This document shows, piece by piece, positions 24,990 through 38,731 of a stretch of 64,000 nucleotides of DNA. A program made the position numbers and the translations under genes. Positions within the stretch are counted from its first letter, which is position 1. Each line of letters begins with the position of its first letter. The notes under the pieces were generated by a model. The model searched no databases and had not been told where the DNA came from. It worked only from the letters and a program-made list of their open reading frames with translations. Source of the DNA: Eledone cirrhosa (taxonomy: Eukaryota); assembly GCA_964016885.1 (NCBI GenBank), contig OZ024745.1, positions 60,946,001 to 61,010,000 of the forward strand, written 5' to 3'.

Positions 24990-26399
24990 ATAGAAACCCT
25001 TTAAAATAGGTGGCTTTATTTCATAGAGCCAAACTGAAGGCTTAAAGGAATGAAGTAAGATGAGATGGGATTGGATGATGTTATGTCTTTTCTAGGAGGT
25101 ATTAGTTAAAAAGGTAATGAGAGATGTTATGTCTTTTCTAGGAGGTATTAGTTAAAAAGGTAATGAGAAATATTTGGATATTAAAAACGAAACAAGGCTA
25201 GAAAGCTATGATATATCAAACTTCTAAAATGACACCATAGGAAAGACAAAAGAATAATTACTCAAATCTATATTGCTGACCTAATTTGAAGTTAACCTTT
25301 CATAAACTCTGCTCTTCATAATATTTCTAATGCACTATATGAAAATAATATCTACATCCTGTTGCTGACTGATGTGTGTATATATGTATGTATGTGTATA
25401 TATGTATCTATGTATGTATGCATACATACATCCATGTATGTATGGTTGTATGTATTTGTGTTATGTATGTGTGCTTGTGTGTTATGTATGTTAAGTGTGT
25501 ATGTTAAATATGTATGTTAAGCATGTATATTAAGTATGTATGTGTGTATATATGTACGTATATTGTGTATGTATGTATGCATTTCTGTCTAATAAATCAT
25601 TTAGAATCTACTCATGTATTGAGTCCTTTTCCAGAGAATGTTAATTGTTGCTTTTAGAAATATTATTAATAATATTTACTTAATGACAATTTGGCAGGAA
25701 TTGTTTATCATTTAATCAGGACCACCATTCCATCTCTGCTAAAATTGTCATCTTATTATATAATAACCACCAATTGGCCACCTATGTCGTCAGAAATCAT
25801 GTCAGTACTCATTTAATTGGAGCTAATGACCTATATAAAAATCCTTCCACACGTTCCAGATGAATAGGTCTTTTTTGAGAGTTCTTTAGAGTTTCATAGG
25901 TATTCACTTTAGGTACTCCTGGATCCCAAATAATAGGGGAGGGGGATGGAGTGGAAAATTCGTAATTTTTCTAGGTTGTCTCGGATCCCAAATAATGTAA
26001 AATGATGATGATACATACATACAAAGAAACAGAGCTAGAACAAATACCACAAGGTATCACATCTGAAAGCACTAACAATCTGTTGACTAATACTTTACTT
26101 ATTGACCCATAAAGGAAGAATGGTAGAGTTGGCCGTAGCAGGAATTGAACTTAGAGAGGAGAGAACCAGAACAAAAACTAAAAAGCATATCCTCTAATGA
26201 CTGCCAATTCCCAGTAAAATATTTATAAAACTAGATCTTCTTTCTATTACTAAATCACTTAACTATGGAGGTGATATGTCAGTGTAACTATTTTATAATG
26301 AGATAGACTGAATGAACCATACAAAATAATTCTTTCTAACATTGTTACAAGGTGGGTCAAGGGAAGTCTGGTATTCAATGTTTTTATTGAAACTTCAGG

Positions 26400-26687
26400 C
26401 AGAGTTGGATTTAGACCTAGAGGGGGCCTGGGACACTTCATTTTTTTTTGTTTTTGGCTCATACACAAAAAATTATAATCTTATATATTAAAATTAGCTT
26501 CGCACAAGTAATTGGAATTGAAAAGTTATACATATAGGTACTAAATTCAAAAAGTTTAACCACCCTAAAACAAAAAATTTCAGCTGAAGGCACAAATAAA
26601 TTACTACAGCCGTCGCTGGTGGGGTCCGCCCACTGCAGGGGGCCAAAGGCAATTGTCCCCTTTGCTTCCCTTTTAAATCCGGCCCTG
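26400..26687. mobile_element. hAT-like MITE, decayed
   Basis: cagagttggatttaga ... tttaaatccggccctg, degenerate CAGGGCCGGATTTA TIRs. Confidence 0.55.
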
Positions 26688-27032
26688 CCCCCAGGAGAAT
26701 GAAAGGTAAAGTTGAGTTGACCATGGCAGGTTTTTACTCAGAATTAAAAAGTCGTAATTAAATGCCATGAAGCATCTTGTCTGATGCTCTACCGACATTG
26801 CCAAATGCTTACTTGCTAAAGACACCGCAACACACTCACTTTATCATGAAACTGATGATTATGATAGTTTGGAGAACATTTTAATCAACGATTCTCTACC
26901 GATTCTGCCAAATGCCTACTTGCTTAAGAGGTCACAACACATTCACTTTATCCTGAAACTGATGATGATGATGATGTTTTGAAGAACATTTTAATCTATG
27001 ATTCTGTAGCTTATTTGAGATTTACATATGCT

Positions 27033-27115
27033 TACACTCGGGTCTCGAATAATCGTCCACACCCACCCTCCGCTTATTCTATCCCAAGCCCCTATTATTT
27101 GGAAACCCGAGTGTA
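27033..27115. mobile_element. Minimal MITE family B derivative, almost only TIRs
   Basis: tacactcgggtctcgaataat ... ttatttggaaacccgagtgta. Confidence 0.7.
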
Positions 27116-27470
27116 TTTAATGAATAATAATTAGATAAGAGAAATGAACCACAATATTAATGAGGAAAGTAAAGAACATCTATTAAAGCTGAAATATTGA
27201 ATAAATCTATTTTCTTTCTCTTTCAGCAGCATTGTTGTGGTTTGCATAATGTATTTATATTTTAGAATTCATTTTTTTCTCTGAGCTGTATTGTGTTAGT
27301 GCAGCTGTTGTTATCAGAGCACCTGTTTTTCTTGCATAGTCTCAGAACTGAGTACTGCATATCAACAATGCAGTTATACAATATTACAGCCTCTTTGCTT
27401 GGTGCCAAGAACATTGAATTGCACTTCACTTTATGATGATCATCATCATTATCAACATCACCATTAGAAC

Positions 27471-27695
27471 AGTGGATTGGCAGAATTGAAGGAGCATCGG
27501 ACACCCTGCTTTGCAGCATAGAGTTACGGCCCTTTATGTTCTGAGTTCAAATCCCGCCGAGGTTAGCTTTGCCTTTCTTACTTACAGGGTAAAAAAAATA
27601 AAGTAGCACAGAAACCAATAACACAGTGGGGTTGATTTAATCAACTTTTTCCTCTCCCCAAATTGCTGGCCATGTACCTAAATCAGAAACCATTA
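27471..27695 (+). mobile_element. SINE family A
   Basis: Colinear with 11797-12020. Confidence 0.85.
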
Positions 27696-28139
27696 TTAAC
27701 ATCACTATCATCATCATCTAACATCTGTTTTCCCTGCAAGGGTTTGATGGGTCATCACAGACCAAACCAGTACTTAAACAGAACTACTGACCTTTCAAAC
27801 AGGCTGGAAACCTGCATCTTGCTTACTCATGTAAGCAAGATGCAGGTTTCTGAGTGCATTCTACTGAGTGCATTTTAATGTGGCACCAGCACCAGGGAGT
27901 TTGTCATCATTGATGCAGCTGAAGAGTCTTTCTGACCATTTGTTTGGCAAGTCTTCTGTGGTGAGATGCCCTTTCTAACACCAACCACTTTACAGAGTGT
28001 ACTGTGGCATTTTATGTGTCACCAATACTGGAAAGATTTCCAGGCCTTTGATACAACCAAAGACTCCTTTTGACTCTTTTGACCCTTTTTTGGTGATAGT
28101 TTAATTTATTTGAGTTATCAGAATAAGAATTTAAACTAG

Positions 28140-28815
28140 TGTGTCAATTGATGTTACAGCTTATTTTGGTGTATATATGACTTCTTTTGAAAAAGTATCC
28201 AATTTTAGGCTGGGGAAAAAAATTTAGTTGGCGGGGTTCAATTGATAATCCCCTTCAAAGTAAGCCTAGCATACCTCCACACACTTATCCCGGCGATCCT
28301 TCCATTGTTTGAAACACATATGAAATGCTTCTTCTCAAATGGCTTTCAGTTCTTCTCAGGTTTCAAAGTTTCAATGACATCTTTATTTTAGGGACCAATT
28401 AGAAGTCAGAAGGAGCCATGTTTGATGTTGGTGGATGAATGAAATGCTTTTCTTTGCCAAGAAAACTTGGATTAGCTGCAATGGATAAGCCAGAGTACTG
28501 GCATGATGCAGCTGTCAGCTTTATAAGGTCCACAGATTCAGTCTCGTGTGTTGAACTGCACCATGAAGACGTCAGAGGACTTCCTAATTGTATTCCTTTG
28601 TAACTGTTTGTTTTCAGGTGAATATTTATTCTGCAAAACCCCTCGATAGCTGAAGAAAACAATCAACATCACTTTTATTTTACTCTGCACCTTGGTGATG
28701 TTGGATACTTCAATTGTGATGACTGAGTTTTCATTTCCAGGTTGTGCTCATATATCCACATCTCATCCCCAGTTATCATGGTATTCAAAAACTCAGGATC
28801 CTCGTTGATACTATC
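28140..28815 (-). pseudogene. Mariner transposase relic
   Basis: MITGDEMWIYEHNLEMKTQSSQ (cf. ITGDETWVY.YDPETK.QS.QW) and HPPTSNMAPSDF (cf. HPPYSPDLAPSDF). Confidence 0.8.
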
Positions 28816-29937
28816 ATGTGAAATGAAAATCAGATAAGTAAGTAGTATAGTTCCTCATATGTTTGTTGCCTATAGCAATTGACACAGCCACTGAGCTAAC
28901 CAAACACTACACATGTACATAAAGGTATGTGGTTCCACTCTGTACACTTTTGTCTGTCTAATGTCATTACTCCCTATGGGAAAAAATATAGTTGGATTCT
29001 TTTTCAATAAACCACATACATGTCTCTCAGAATCAAGAATGAATGAATGCAATCACATTCCATAATATTGTAGCAGATTTGTTAGTAGATCTGACATTGA
29101 ACATAGCAAATACCATTTGAGTTGCCAAAAAGGGAATTAGAGCAATAAAAAAACAAAAAAAAACAGGTATGGAATTAAAGTAAGTAGCTCACTCTGTGAG
29201 GTGCAAGGCTTAGTGACTTAGGATCATAATGTGGGTTCAATTCCTGAGCTGGGTTGTGTGTTGTGTTCTTGAGCAAAACATTTCATTTTATGTTGCTCCA
29301 GTATACTCAGCTGAAAATGGATATCACAATAGCTGGAGGTTTAACGCTGTGATGGACTGGCATCCTGTCCAGATGGGAGTCTTGTACTCTGTTGCTTCAC
29401 GCCACGGACCAGCATACTGTAGTTCACTCTGTAAAGTAATAATGCTGCTACTATGATAAAAAGTACCCAGTGGTAGTGGTGGTGCCATGATATGCGCCAG
29501 GTACAAGCCATGAAGTAGCAAGTGTTAGGAAAGACATTAAGCCATAGAAACCATGCCAGAATGGAACGATGCAGTCATCTGACCTGTGCAGCCTCTGAAT
29601 ATGACAACCTGACTAATCTAATCTATGCAAGCATGAAAAACATAAAACTGTGATGATGATTGTGAATATTACAGTAGTAATGAATGATTTTTGAACATGG
29701 GAAGACTATATATCTGAAGAAGAGTTAGTTGCAAGTGGCTGTGATAAAAAAAAAAAAAAACAGCATGGCAGTTTACCATTGAAAAAAGGTCTGTGGTTTG
29801 TATCCTGTAACAAAGCACTAAACTACCAGTGCCTTAGTTGAGCTAGTCTTAATATATTTAAATCAGGAAACATTAAAACATAGAATTAACACCAACTACC
29901 ATTTACCAATAGGAGAAAATATTATTATTATTTAATA

Positions 29938-30128
29938 GGGCAGTGGATTGGCAGTATCAGTAGAGTCGGATGCGATGCTTTGCAGCAAAGAGTTACGGCC
30001 CTTTATGGTCTGAGTTCAAATCCCGCTGAGGTTAACTTTGCCTTTTATCCTTACAGGGTCGATAAAATAAAGTACCTATAATACACTGGAATAATTGCTG
30101 GCCTCATGCCAAAAGTAGAAACAATTAT
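29938..30128 (+). mobile_element. SINE family A
   Basis: Full head and core. Confidence 0.85.
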
Positions 30129-30247
30129 TATTGTTATTTGAAACTTCCTTTGAGTTCTGCTTCTTTCCCAAATCGTGCCCAGTGTCAATATGGCACCTGA
30201 AGCAAAATTTGATAATACACACATTTTACAATCAATTGTCATATAAA

Positions 30248-30430
30248 TAATTGTTTCTACATTTGGCACAAGGCCAGCAATTATCCAGTACATTACTGGT
30301 ATTTTATTTTATCGACCCCGTAAGGATGAAAGGCAAAGTTAACCTCGACGGGATTTGAACTCAAACCGTAAAGGGACGTAACTATGCGGGAAAGTAAGGT
30401 GTCCGACCCTCTACCGATACTGCCAATTCA
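30248..30430 (-). mobile_element. SINE family A, inverted relative to 29938-30128
   Basis: Reverse complement of the neighbouring copy. Confidence 0.85.
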
Positions 30431-32149
30431 CATAAATAATGCCACAAGGGCACACACAACAGTAAATGTCTTTGCAAGGCTTTTAAATTGATAACGCTGT
30501 TCTCAGGACATGGACAGTGCCAGTCAGCGCTATTTTCTGTATCTCTTGCAGAGATGGTTTTCTAGGTATCCAGTCCAAATATTTTTCAGTTCTCTATTAT
30601 TATAGGACACTTGCTCTGGCGGTTAGGGTGACTGTGGCTTTTGTGGGCTTTCTCCATGAGTAACCCTTAGAATTCCCCAAGGAATTTTCTTTAGTTTCTA
30701 TTTTTTTTTTTTTTGTTACATCCTTTGTTTTTGTTTTATGTTGATTTTTACATGCAGAAATCCACATTATACAGTCCTGTGCTGTCCTTAATATATTTTT
30801 TGTAAACCCTTTATTGTCAATAAAGAAAACATTTTTTATTGTTGTTGTTATAAATGAGCACCAATGGTTGTTATAATAGTACTTGTACAATTAATTTACC
30901 AGCCTTTCATTAGTTTGTAATGCTGAACTCAAATTCAAGTATTAGCCTAGAGACGGGAATTGTTAGAGAACAAGATACTCAGAAGTGGTTCCTCATTGAT
31001 TTTGTTTTCTTTCTTTCTTTTTCTTTCTAGGTTCGTTGGAGAATTTGGATTCGAAGTTGTTAAAACAGAAGCTTTCGATGATGTTGGCTTAAACTGAACT
31101 TACGGAGGGTGGGGCAAAAACACTCTAACTTTCAAAGGACATGGACCAGTCAGAGGCACCATATTTTCTTAGCAAATAAAACAAATAATTTATACAATGA
31201 TGGAAATATGAAAAAGAAAGATTAAAAACAAAATTAAGTAATGAGAAAAGGGGCAAGGGTAGCTAGCTTACGTTTTAGAATACGGACATGTTTGGAGAAA
31301 TAGCACCGCCATCACCCTCGGTAATGCCGCGAGCGTGTTGGATTGCCTTAAAAATTTCCGTTGACCCTTGTGCTATGATGTGTGACTGATTGTCGCACTT
31401 GGTGGTGAATCGATGGTTGTTTTTTTTTTTTTTTTTTCTTTCTCTCGCTTTGATATATTTTGGTGGATTATATTTGTGAGGTCCCTGGCAATAGTTAATT
31501 GTATTAATTGTGTGTTTATAGTTTCATTCTGAAAGAATTATGAACAATGGCAGTGCCCCAGCAGGGCCTGTCGGCTGGAACACGTAGTAGAGAACAAAAA
31601 AATAAATAATTGTGTAATAATAAAAAAACTAAAATTGTCCACTCACCTTTCTTGTAGATCTTGATAATCGACCCTTAGTATATTACGGGTATTATTTTAT
31701 CGACTCGAGAGTGATGAAAGACAGTCAGCCCCAGTGGAAAAGTATTTAGTCTGGCGTTTACATTAACCTTAATATAAAACTGGTACTTATTTCACACACC
31801 CCGTTGTGAAGAAAAGCAAAAGCAACTCCACATTAGATTTAACCATAAAAATATTACTATTACTTATAAATTTTTTTCCAAATTGATTTTGTTCGAGGTT
31901 AATTTAATTTTACAGCATAAGAGAAATAAATATTACAAATTCGTTTAAATATATAGATAGATCGATAGATATATAAATCGATGATTATCCTATTCTTCAA
32001 ATTTAACAAAGTTAAGAACCCCTCAAAAACGTTTGTCTATTTCAAAATCAATTCAAACAAAAATGAATGCAAGTTAAAAAAAGAAAACCATGTAGTGACT
32101 TCCTAACACAATACACAAGAATCGTTACTACGATAGTTTTATTTACATT

Positions 32150-32350
32150 TGGTTGTTGTGGCAACGTCTCTACCGTGTAATATCGTCGTGCAGACTTTAA
32201 AGGAAGTGACGTCAGAGCAATGTAAGTTACGATGGTAGTGGTGGAGTTGGTGGTTTGTCGTACTTGCCCTCCTCCTTCTCCTTCCACCTTCGTGGCTCTT
32301 CCGTCCAGATGCCAGGTCACGTGACAAACAGATTTCAAGATGGCGCTGAG
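32150..32350. promoter_or_regulatory. CpG-enriched core promoter of the DOCK gene, possibly bidirectional
   Basis: X-box-like GTTGTTGTGGCAAC 32152-32165; ETS-CRE composite GGAAGTGACGTCA 32202-32214; palindromic E-box GTCACGTGAC 32316-32325; YY1 motif CAAGATGGCG 32336-32345; about 250 bp upstream of the ATG. Confidence 0.7.
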
Positions 32351-32598
32351 TAGGCTGCAGTGTCGTAACTGTCGCGCTAGCAGCAGTATGAAGTTTTATA
32401 GTAATAATAATAATAACAACAACAACAACAGCAACTACTGTCAACCGATGACCGGTTGTCTTTCTCGTGTATTACCGCTTTTATTATTGTTGTTATTCTA
32501 GTTGCTTTAAAGAAATACAAAACCAACCAAACAAACAAACGGAAAGTCAATATATTTACTATTTTTACCCTTGTTTGAATGTGTAATTATTATCAACC

Positions 32599-32644
32599 AT
32601 GGGGAAGTGGAGTCCTACAAATGCCAACGAAAGATTTGGAGTCG
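32599..32644 (+). CDS. DOCK1: DOCK1/2/5-family (Dock180/myoblast city) Rac GEF, first coding exon
   Basis: accATGG Kozak context; MGKWSPTNANERFGV plus 1 nt, then GTAAGT donor (phase 1). Resembles DOCK1 MTRWVPTKREEKYGV and DOCK5 MARWIPTKRQKYGV. Lies just downstream of a CpG-rich promoter. Exon 2 (SH3 domain) not found in window; exact paralog uncertain. Confidence 0.78.
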
Positions 32645-33049
32645 GTAAGTGTATATGATATATATATATATATAACTAGGTATATACATAAATATATGAA
32701 TACTTGAGTAGTTTCCCAGCACGTTCATCATTAAAAACTCTTTTTATAATCATCGGAGGTGAATTCAAATTCCATTACAGTCAATATTTCATATTCTAGT
32801 TCCGATAAATTAATACCGATTTATAAACACTTAGATTGGTATCTGACCTGAAGAACTTAAAAAACTATGCCAACACTGATAAACACGCTTCAATGAACAA
32901 ACAATCTATGCAACAGTCAGTATGTTTTCAGTGAAAAGCATGCCTCTATAATCTATATTGTTACTGATTATTGTCATTAAACATTTTATCAAGTTTGAAT
33001 CTGTCACTGTGGTGTTGTGGAAAGTTCTGCTAGACTCACTCAGCTCTTG

Positions 33050-33112
<63 letters not shown>

Positions 33113-33113
<1 letters not shown>

Positions 33114-33239
33114 TGTTTAATATAGAAATGGCTTCTACAGAACTAGAACTGTTTCATTGAAAAGAATGAATCTACTAATGTATTGAGTACCGGGTTCAAT
33201 CGGGGGTAATTGTGGTTACCCCCGATTGAACCCGGGACT

Positions 33240-33240
<1 letters not shown>
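33113..33240. repeat. Rearranged relative of the 18490-18688 element with a 19-bp perfect hairpin
   Basis: Shares tttaatatagaaat.gcttctacag.actagaactgtttcatt and gagtcccgggttcaat..ggggtaaccaca; hairpin cgggttcaatcgggggtaa/ttacccccgattgaacccg. Confidence 0.75.
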
Positions 33241-33287
<47 letters not shown>

Positions 33288-33566
33288 TTACTCCAATAAA
33301 TAGTATTAATTAAACAAGTTTTCAAATAGTAAATTCGAAAATCTTGGATTTAATACCCCACCCTCTCTCTCTTTTCCGCATGCTTTAAATTACGCTTGTC
33401 ATTTCTTTCAGCAAGTAATTTTTATGTATGGATAATATTTCATTTAAAAATCGTCATTTTTATGAAGTATTAGTAAAATCAACAACAACAGCAATGATAA
33501 TAATTCTTTCTTTATTGACCACAAGGGCCTACAATAATAATGGACTGTGATTGAACTGTATGACTG

Positions 33567-33628
<62 letters not shown>

Positions 33629-33672
33629 ATGTGGTTGACGGCTGAGAGAAAAGAATACTCAATACCAAAATT

Positions 33673-33802
33673 CATTTTTATTAAGACAAAATAGTGAGTC
33701 TTGTTATTCTGGAGTTTCGCATGTTTATCACAGGATCATCAGACTGATAAACAGGCGAAACTCTAGAGAAACGAGACTCATTTTTTAGCCTTAATAAAAA
33801 TG
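33673..33802. repeat. Imperfect palindrome with hammerhead-like core between (TA)n tracts
   Basis: Arms catttttattaag...gtttcgcatgtttatca / tgataaacaggcgaaac...cttaataaaaatg; minus strand reads gu CUGAUGA uccug...augc GAAA cuccagaa UA ac. Confidence 0.6.
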
Positions 33803-35463
33803 TATATATGTATATATATATATATATATATTGCTTTCTATTGATCAGTTAAATTGAAAACAAAGTATTTGCTTTCAATTAAACTAAAGAATGTCAGAAT
33901 AGGTTATCCTTTTGGTTGTCACCTTTTATATGTAATGTCTTCGTGTTTCGACACTCACAAATATATCTATATCTAATGGATCTCTCCGAGATCTAGATGC
34001 AGTTAGACAGGGTAGGGAAGAAATTCTGTCGTTGTCAGGAATGTAGTTAAAACTAATGCAAATACGCTGTCTTCGGTGAAGCAACATTAAGTCATGTTAA
34101 AGACTAGTTATTTTATTTCACATCATCATAGTGAATATCTTGGACCTTCATTTTTGCTTCATCTCTCTTGTCATTTCTTATTCTCATTTAAGTAATTCTT
34201 TGCTGTATTTACATTACTTTCTTTCTCTCTCTCTCTTATATATATATATATATTAGTTTTGCGAAAAGTTCTAACTCATAAAAAGTTTGTCTGTTTGATG
34301 TGAAGGTTTAGTTTTGTTCGTGTGTCCGTTATTTAATAAATGACAGTCGTTTAGGCAATTGATATTGTATGTATTTGACAGATCTTTTCGGTGAAACTTT
34401 ACACACACTCAACTACTCACTGTCGTACGTATAGCTTGAATACGTCTACGCACGCACGCATTCATAAGTGTGTGTGTATATATGTGTGTGCATAGACGTT
34501 TAGTACACACACACTTATATATATATCTTTGTGTATATATTTATCTCGCTCTAGGAGTGCAATTTTCACACATTGGGCATACAAAAACACACAATGTTAT
34601 GTGTATTCAGTGCGCGCTCTTTCGAGTTAAGCGTAGACGATGTTGAAAGAATGAGATGAAGATCTGCAGAAAAGAGAGAGAGAGATTCACTCTTGAGATG
34701 GGAATAACTAAGTTTGTTGTCAGTTAATATATTTACCAACATCAACATCACCACCGTCTTCGTCAACAATGACGACGTCTTATCCATCACCTTAACATTT
34801 CAGCCGATGAGGGAACCTCTCTGTGCTACATCGCTCGGTAATGCTAGATTTAGTAGACTAACATCCCTCCCCCAAACTAATCCCAACTATCTTAAAAGGA
34901 AAATGACATAGGATAATGTGGTCATGGAGATCATACATAGCGCCTGAAAAAAAGAAGAAGACATGACTTAAACTCTTTTGATCATTGGTCAGCTCGATCA
35001 AGGCTGGCCTGGGGTCAAATGTCTTTTCTATTAACGTTTGCCTGACTCTCTCGAGGAATCTGTAATTTTTGTTTGAGAACAAGCATGTTCTTGCCTTTTA
35101 TAATTTATCGAAACTCAGATTTTATTGTCAGTAAAATAAAAAGCAATTAATAAACTGGTGTCGGCACCATAGCATATAATTCCTTTAACAAAACCTGGCT
35201 AGACATAATAATGAGGAGGAGGAGGAGGAGGATGTTTATTTTCCACCAAAACAGGAACAATATTACATTTCAATACATTAAAAAAATACAATATAAAGGT
35301 TAATGTGGCGAAAAGAATTCCTTATGATCAACTTGGAACTCTGTTCGTGTCACTGCTTCTTTGTATTGCAATTCATATGTCCCTGTCACATTTAATTAAT
35401 TTCCATATTCGACACTTGGCTCAAAATTATGGGATTGGACACTGTCGATTAAATTAACTGAAG

Positions 35464-35803
35464 TATTCTTAGGTCCCAAGTAATAGGGGGTGAGGTGGAA
35501 AATCGGGAATTGTTTTAGCTTGAATTGAATTTTTTAAAACCAGAATTAGTCGTTTAGTTTACATATTAAGACCCCCTCCCAACCCATCCTATTTATTTTA
35601 TAACGTATGGGATTTCTAGTAATGTATTTTTTTTTTGTCGTGTATGTTTTTTTTAATGAATAAAGAAAATTAATTGTCGCAGGAATGCTCCTACTTAAAA
35701 TAAAATTTTGCCGGAGATAAGCAAAATTTAATAAGCAGTGCGGAAAAAATCCGAAAAATTAATGAGCGGTGGGAGTGGGGTCATTATTCGAGACCCGAGT
35801 GTA
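35464..35803 (+). mobile_element. MITE family B copy
   Basis: Colinear with 1301-1635, same TIRs. Confidence 0.8.
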
Positions 35804-37561
35804 CATGGCTGATACTTATTTTTCAAACTCAACGAGATTTGAACACAGATTCAAGGCAATGTTATCTATTGAATCTATTCTCACTCAACCACTCTCAAAT
35901 AATAATTGTTTCTACATTTGGCACAAGGCCAGCAATTACTCAGTACATTACTGGTACAAGGCCATACTTTTGTGGGAAAGTTATATATATATTCTGTTAG
36001 GTCGAAGCTGTTAATTGACTGGTACGTTATTTTATCGATCCCGGAAGGACGAAATGCAAAGTTAACTCCGATCGATAGAATATCAATTCAGCGTATTAGT
36101 AATATTTGTTTTGTCGATCTCTAGAAGTGCCCTTTCCAAATCCCAGGCCATAGACAATAACGATCTCGACTGCATTTGACCTCAAAATTTAGTGGAACAA
36201 AATTAAATATGTCATTTCTGCAACCATAAAGTTGAAGTAACCATCTCGTTGCAAAAGACATAAACAATGTCATTTTTCTTTCCCTTATTAATCAGAGCCC
36301 CAGTGTGTATGTAAGAAATCCCTGTGAGGAATCGCCGTAGTTTACTAGTTATTTTTTTGACAGACTGTGTTCCCGATCCTATTTCAGTTTCCAGTTTAAA
36401 TCGTTCCCTTCACTTACATCGTTCAAGCTGCTGCGAAGAGCCTGAACCTTACATCTCCCATTTCTCATAACTCAATAATCCTGTGGGATTATAGTTTTGT
36501 TTATTTATTATAACTGCAACACACACATGTGTGTCTTGTACAATGTGTGGATGTATAGTATTTCCGTGGAGAGGGAACATTTAAAGAACCCTACATATAA
36601 ATTTCTCTACACCCTTTTTTTTTTTTTTCAACTTCAGAGGGCATTCATTCTGGGTGTGGTTTTTGGATGAGAAATAATACCAGTGTTTCTTCACTTTGAA
36701 TTAGGTTTTTCTATTTTATCCATTTTCTAACTCGTTGCCTGTTTAACCATTTCACTTCCCACAAGTTACACGAATCCTCTTGGGGTGGTGGTGATGGTGG
36801 GAGGCATGAACGTCACTCAACCACAGCCAGGCTTGTTCCTATTTAACACCTTGTTCCTATTTAAGCAACAATGTTTCAAACATCTATTCGTTACATTTAA
36901 GGGACGTGCCGATTTGAGGTTGTGATGTGTATGCTTTTCTTAATAGGATTAACGAATAACATATCTATATTATATATGTATTTTCTGTCCCGAATCTGTT
37001 CCCACCAGAACTAGTTACAGAGACGTGAATTGGTTGATGACTTAGGTTCAACAGCTACTTTTTCTTTTCTTTTATAGAATGTTTAATCGATTGTGTAGAT
37101 CTCAATATATTACTGGTATTTCTTTTCATTGGCTTTGTATTTAGAGTTTGAGACTCGAAATACGGAATTTGACATTGTAGTAATAAATAAAAAATAATTA
37201 GTCATTAAGTATGAGACGTTGCATAAAATGCTATAGTTGATGTCTTTGCTGTCATGGTTGTTTTCACCTTAGGTCGACACTGCTGGTGGTATATTATATA
37301 CTGTATTCTTCTTTCATTCAGACTAGTAGGTTGCGTGTGTGTTGTGATTCGAAGGTATTGGCTGCTATTTGTCGCAGATCAAGTGTCTATAGTTACGTGA
37401 GATGATCCTAATACGGAATCAAAACCAGTATCACAGACTCAGTTTTTGCCTGAGGACTAACTGTTATCATACGGTCACTAATAAATATGAATTATATAAT
37501 ATATGACAGCTATATACTATAATGTCGTAATGCTGGTGAGAAAAAAAACTGTTTCAACTTT

Positions 37562-37887
37562 TACTCTCTGGTCTCGAATAGTCGCCCGTCCCTCCGCTTA
37601 TTAAATTTTGCTAATCTATCTCCGGCAAAATTTTATTTTAAGTGGTAGCATTCCTGTGACAATTTATTTTCTTTATATATTAAAAAACATTACGCATGAC
37701 AAAAAAAGTACATTACTAGAAATCCCATGGGTTATAAAATAAATAGGATGGGTTGGGTATCGCCGGGATCTCTATGTAAACTAAACGACTGGGTTTTAAA
37801 AAAATCAACGAAGACAACCTAGGGAAATTAGCGATTTTCCAGCCCCCACTTATTCCAACTCCCACTTTTATTTGGGACCCGAGAGTA
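37562..37887 (-). mobile_element. MITE family B copy, inverted
   Basis: Reverse complement of the 1301-1635 body, TIRs at both ends. Confidence 0.8.
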
Positions 37888-38696
37888 TATCATACACACT
37901 CTTTTGCATGTTCCGTGTTGAAATATTCTAGGAAACCGAATTGGTTTAAACTAATTATTTCAGAAGCAGAAAACTTTGGGGTTTCTTTTTCTTTTTTTGT
38001 ATAAATATCAAAGCAACTGTGGCACAATTATAGTTGTCAACACAGACTATAATAGATAGATCCGTGTGTAATCAACTTGATCCTATCGCTACTGACCTCT
38101 TCGCCACATACACACATTGTTGGTTGTTGGTCTTCTCTTCTCCCACTTCGAAATAGTCGAATGTTTATGGTGCGAAGACACCTTCCAGTCTCTGTCAAGT
38201 GCTGTTTCGTGACATTTCCTTTCCAGTTGTTTGTAGCCCACTATTTTCTCTTGCTAAACTTTTTCAACGCACACTGCTGGTTATTTTTCATCTCTCTCTC
38301 TCTGTCTGTCCGTCGCTCTTGCTTTTCGCTCTTTCTTTCTTCCCATCTCTCCCCCTCTCTATCTCTCCACTGTCTTCTCTCTCTCGTATATTTATTTATT
38401 TATCTTATATCTTCTTACTCATACACTTACACCACTACCTACGACAACGACACACCATTCTTGATGCACTTGCTCATATCTTTAATTACAAACTTTTGTT
38501 TTTGGTCACCCACTGTTTGTTTTGTGTCTGGGTGACACAAAAAATAAAAAAGCTATTAACGATGGTGGTCATCATACAGATATGTAAATAATTACCTACA
38601 TCTTTCTTTATTTTACAGACACTACACGTATATATGTGTGTATAGCAACGAAGTTTATACTAGCACACAGACAGACATATATATATATATATACTG

Positions 38697-38731
<35 letters not shown>

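Noticed and set aside
25078-27005. Short local tandem duplications (25078-25168, 26785-27005; also 14030-14150 and 40840-40930)
   Set aside because: Ordinary slippage duplications with no further structure.
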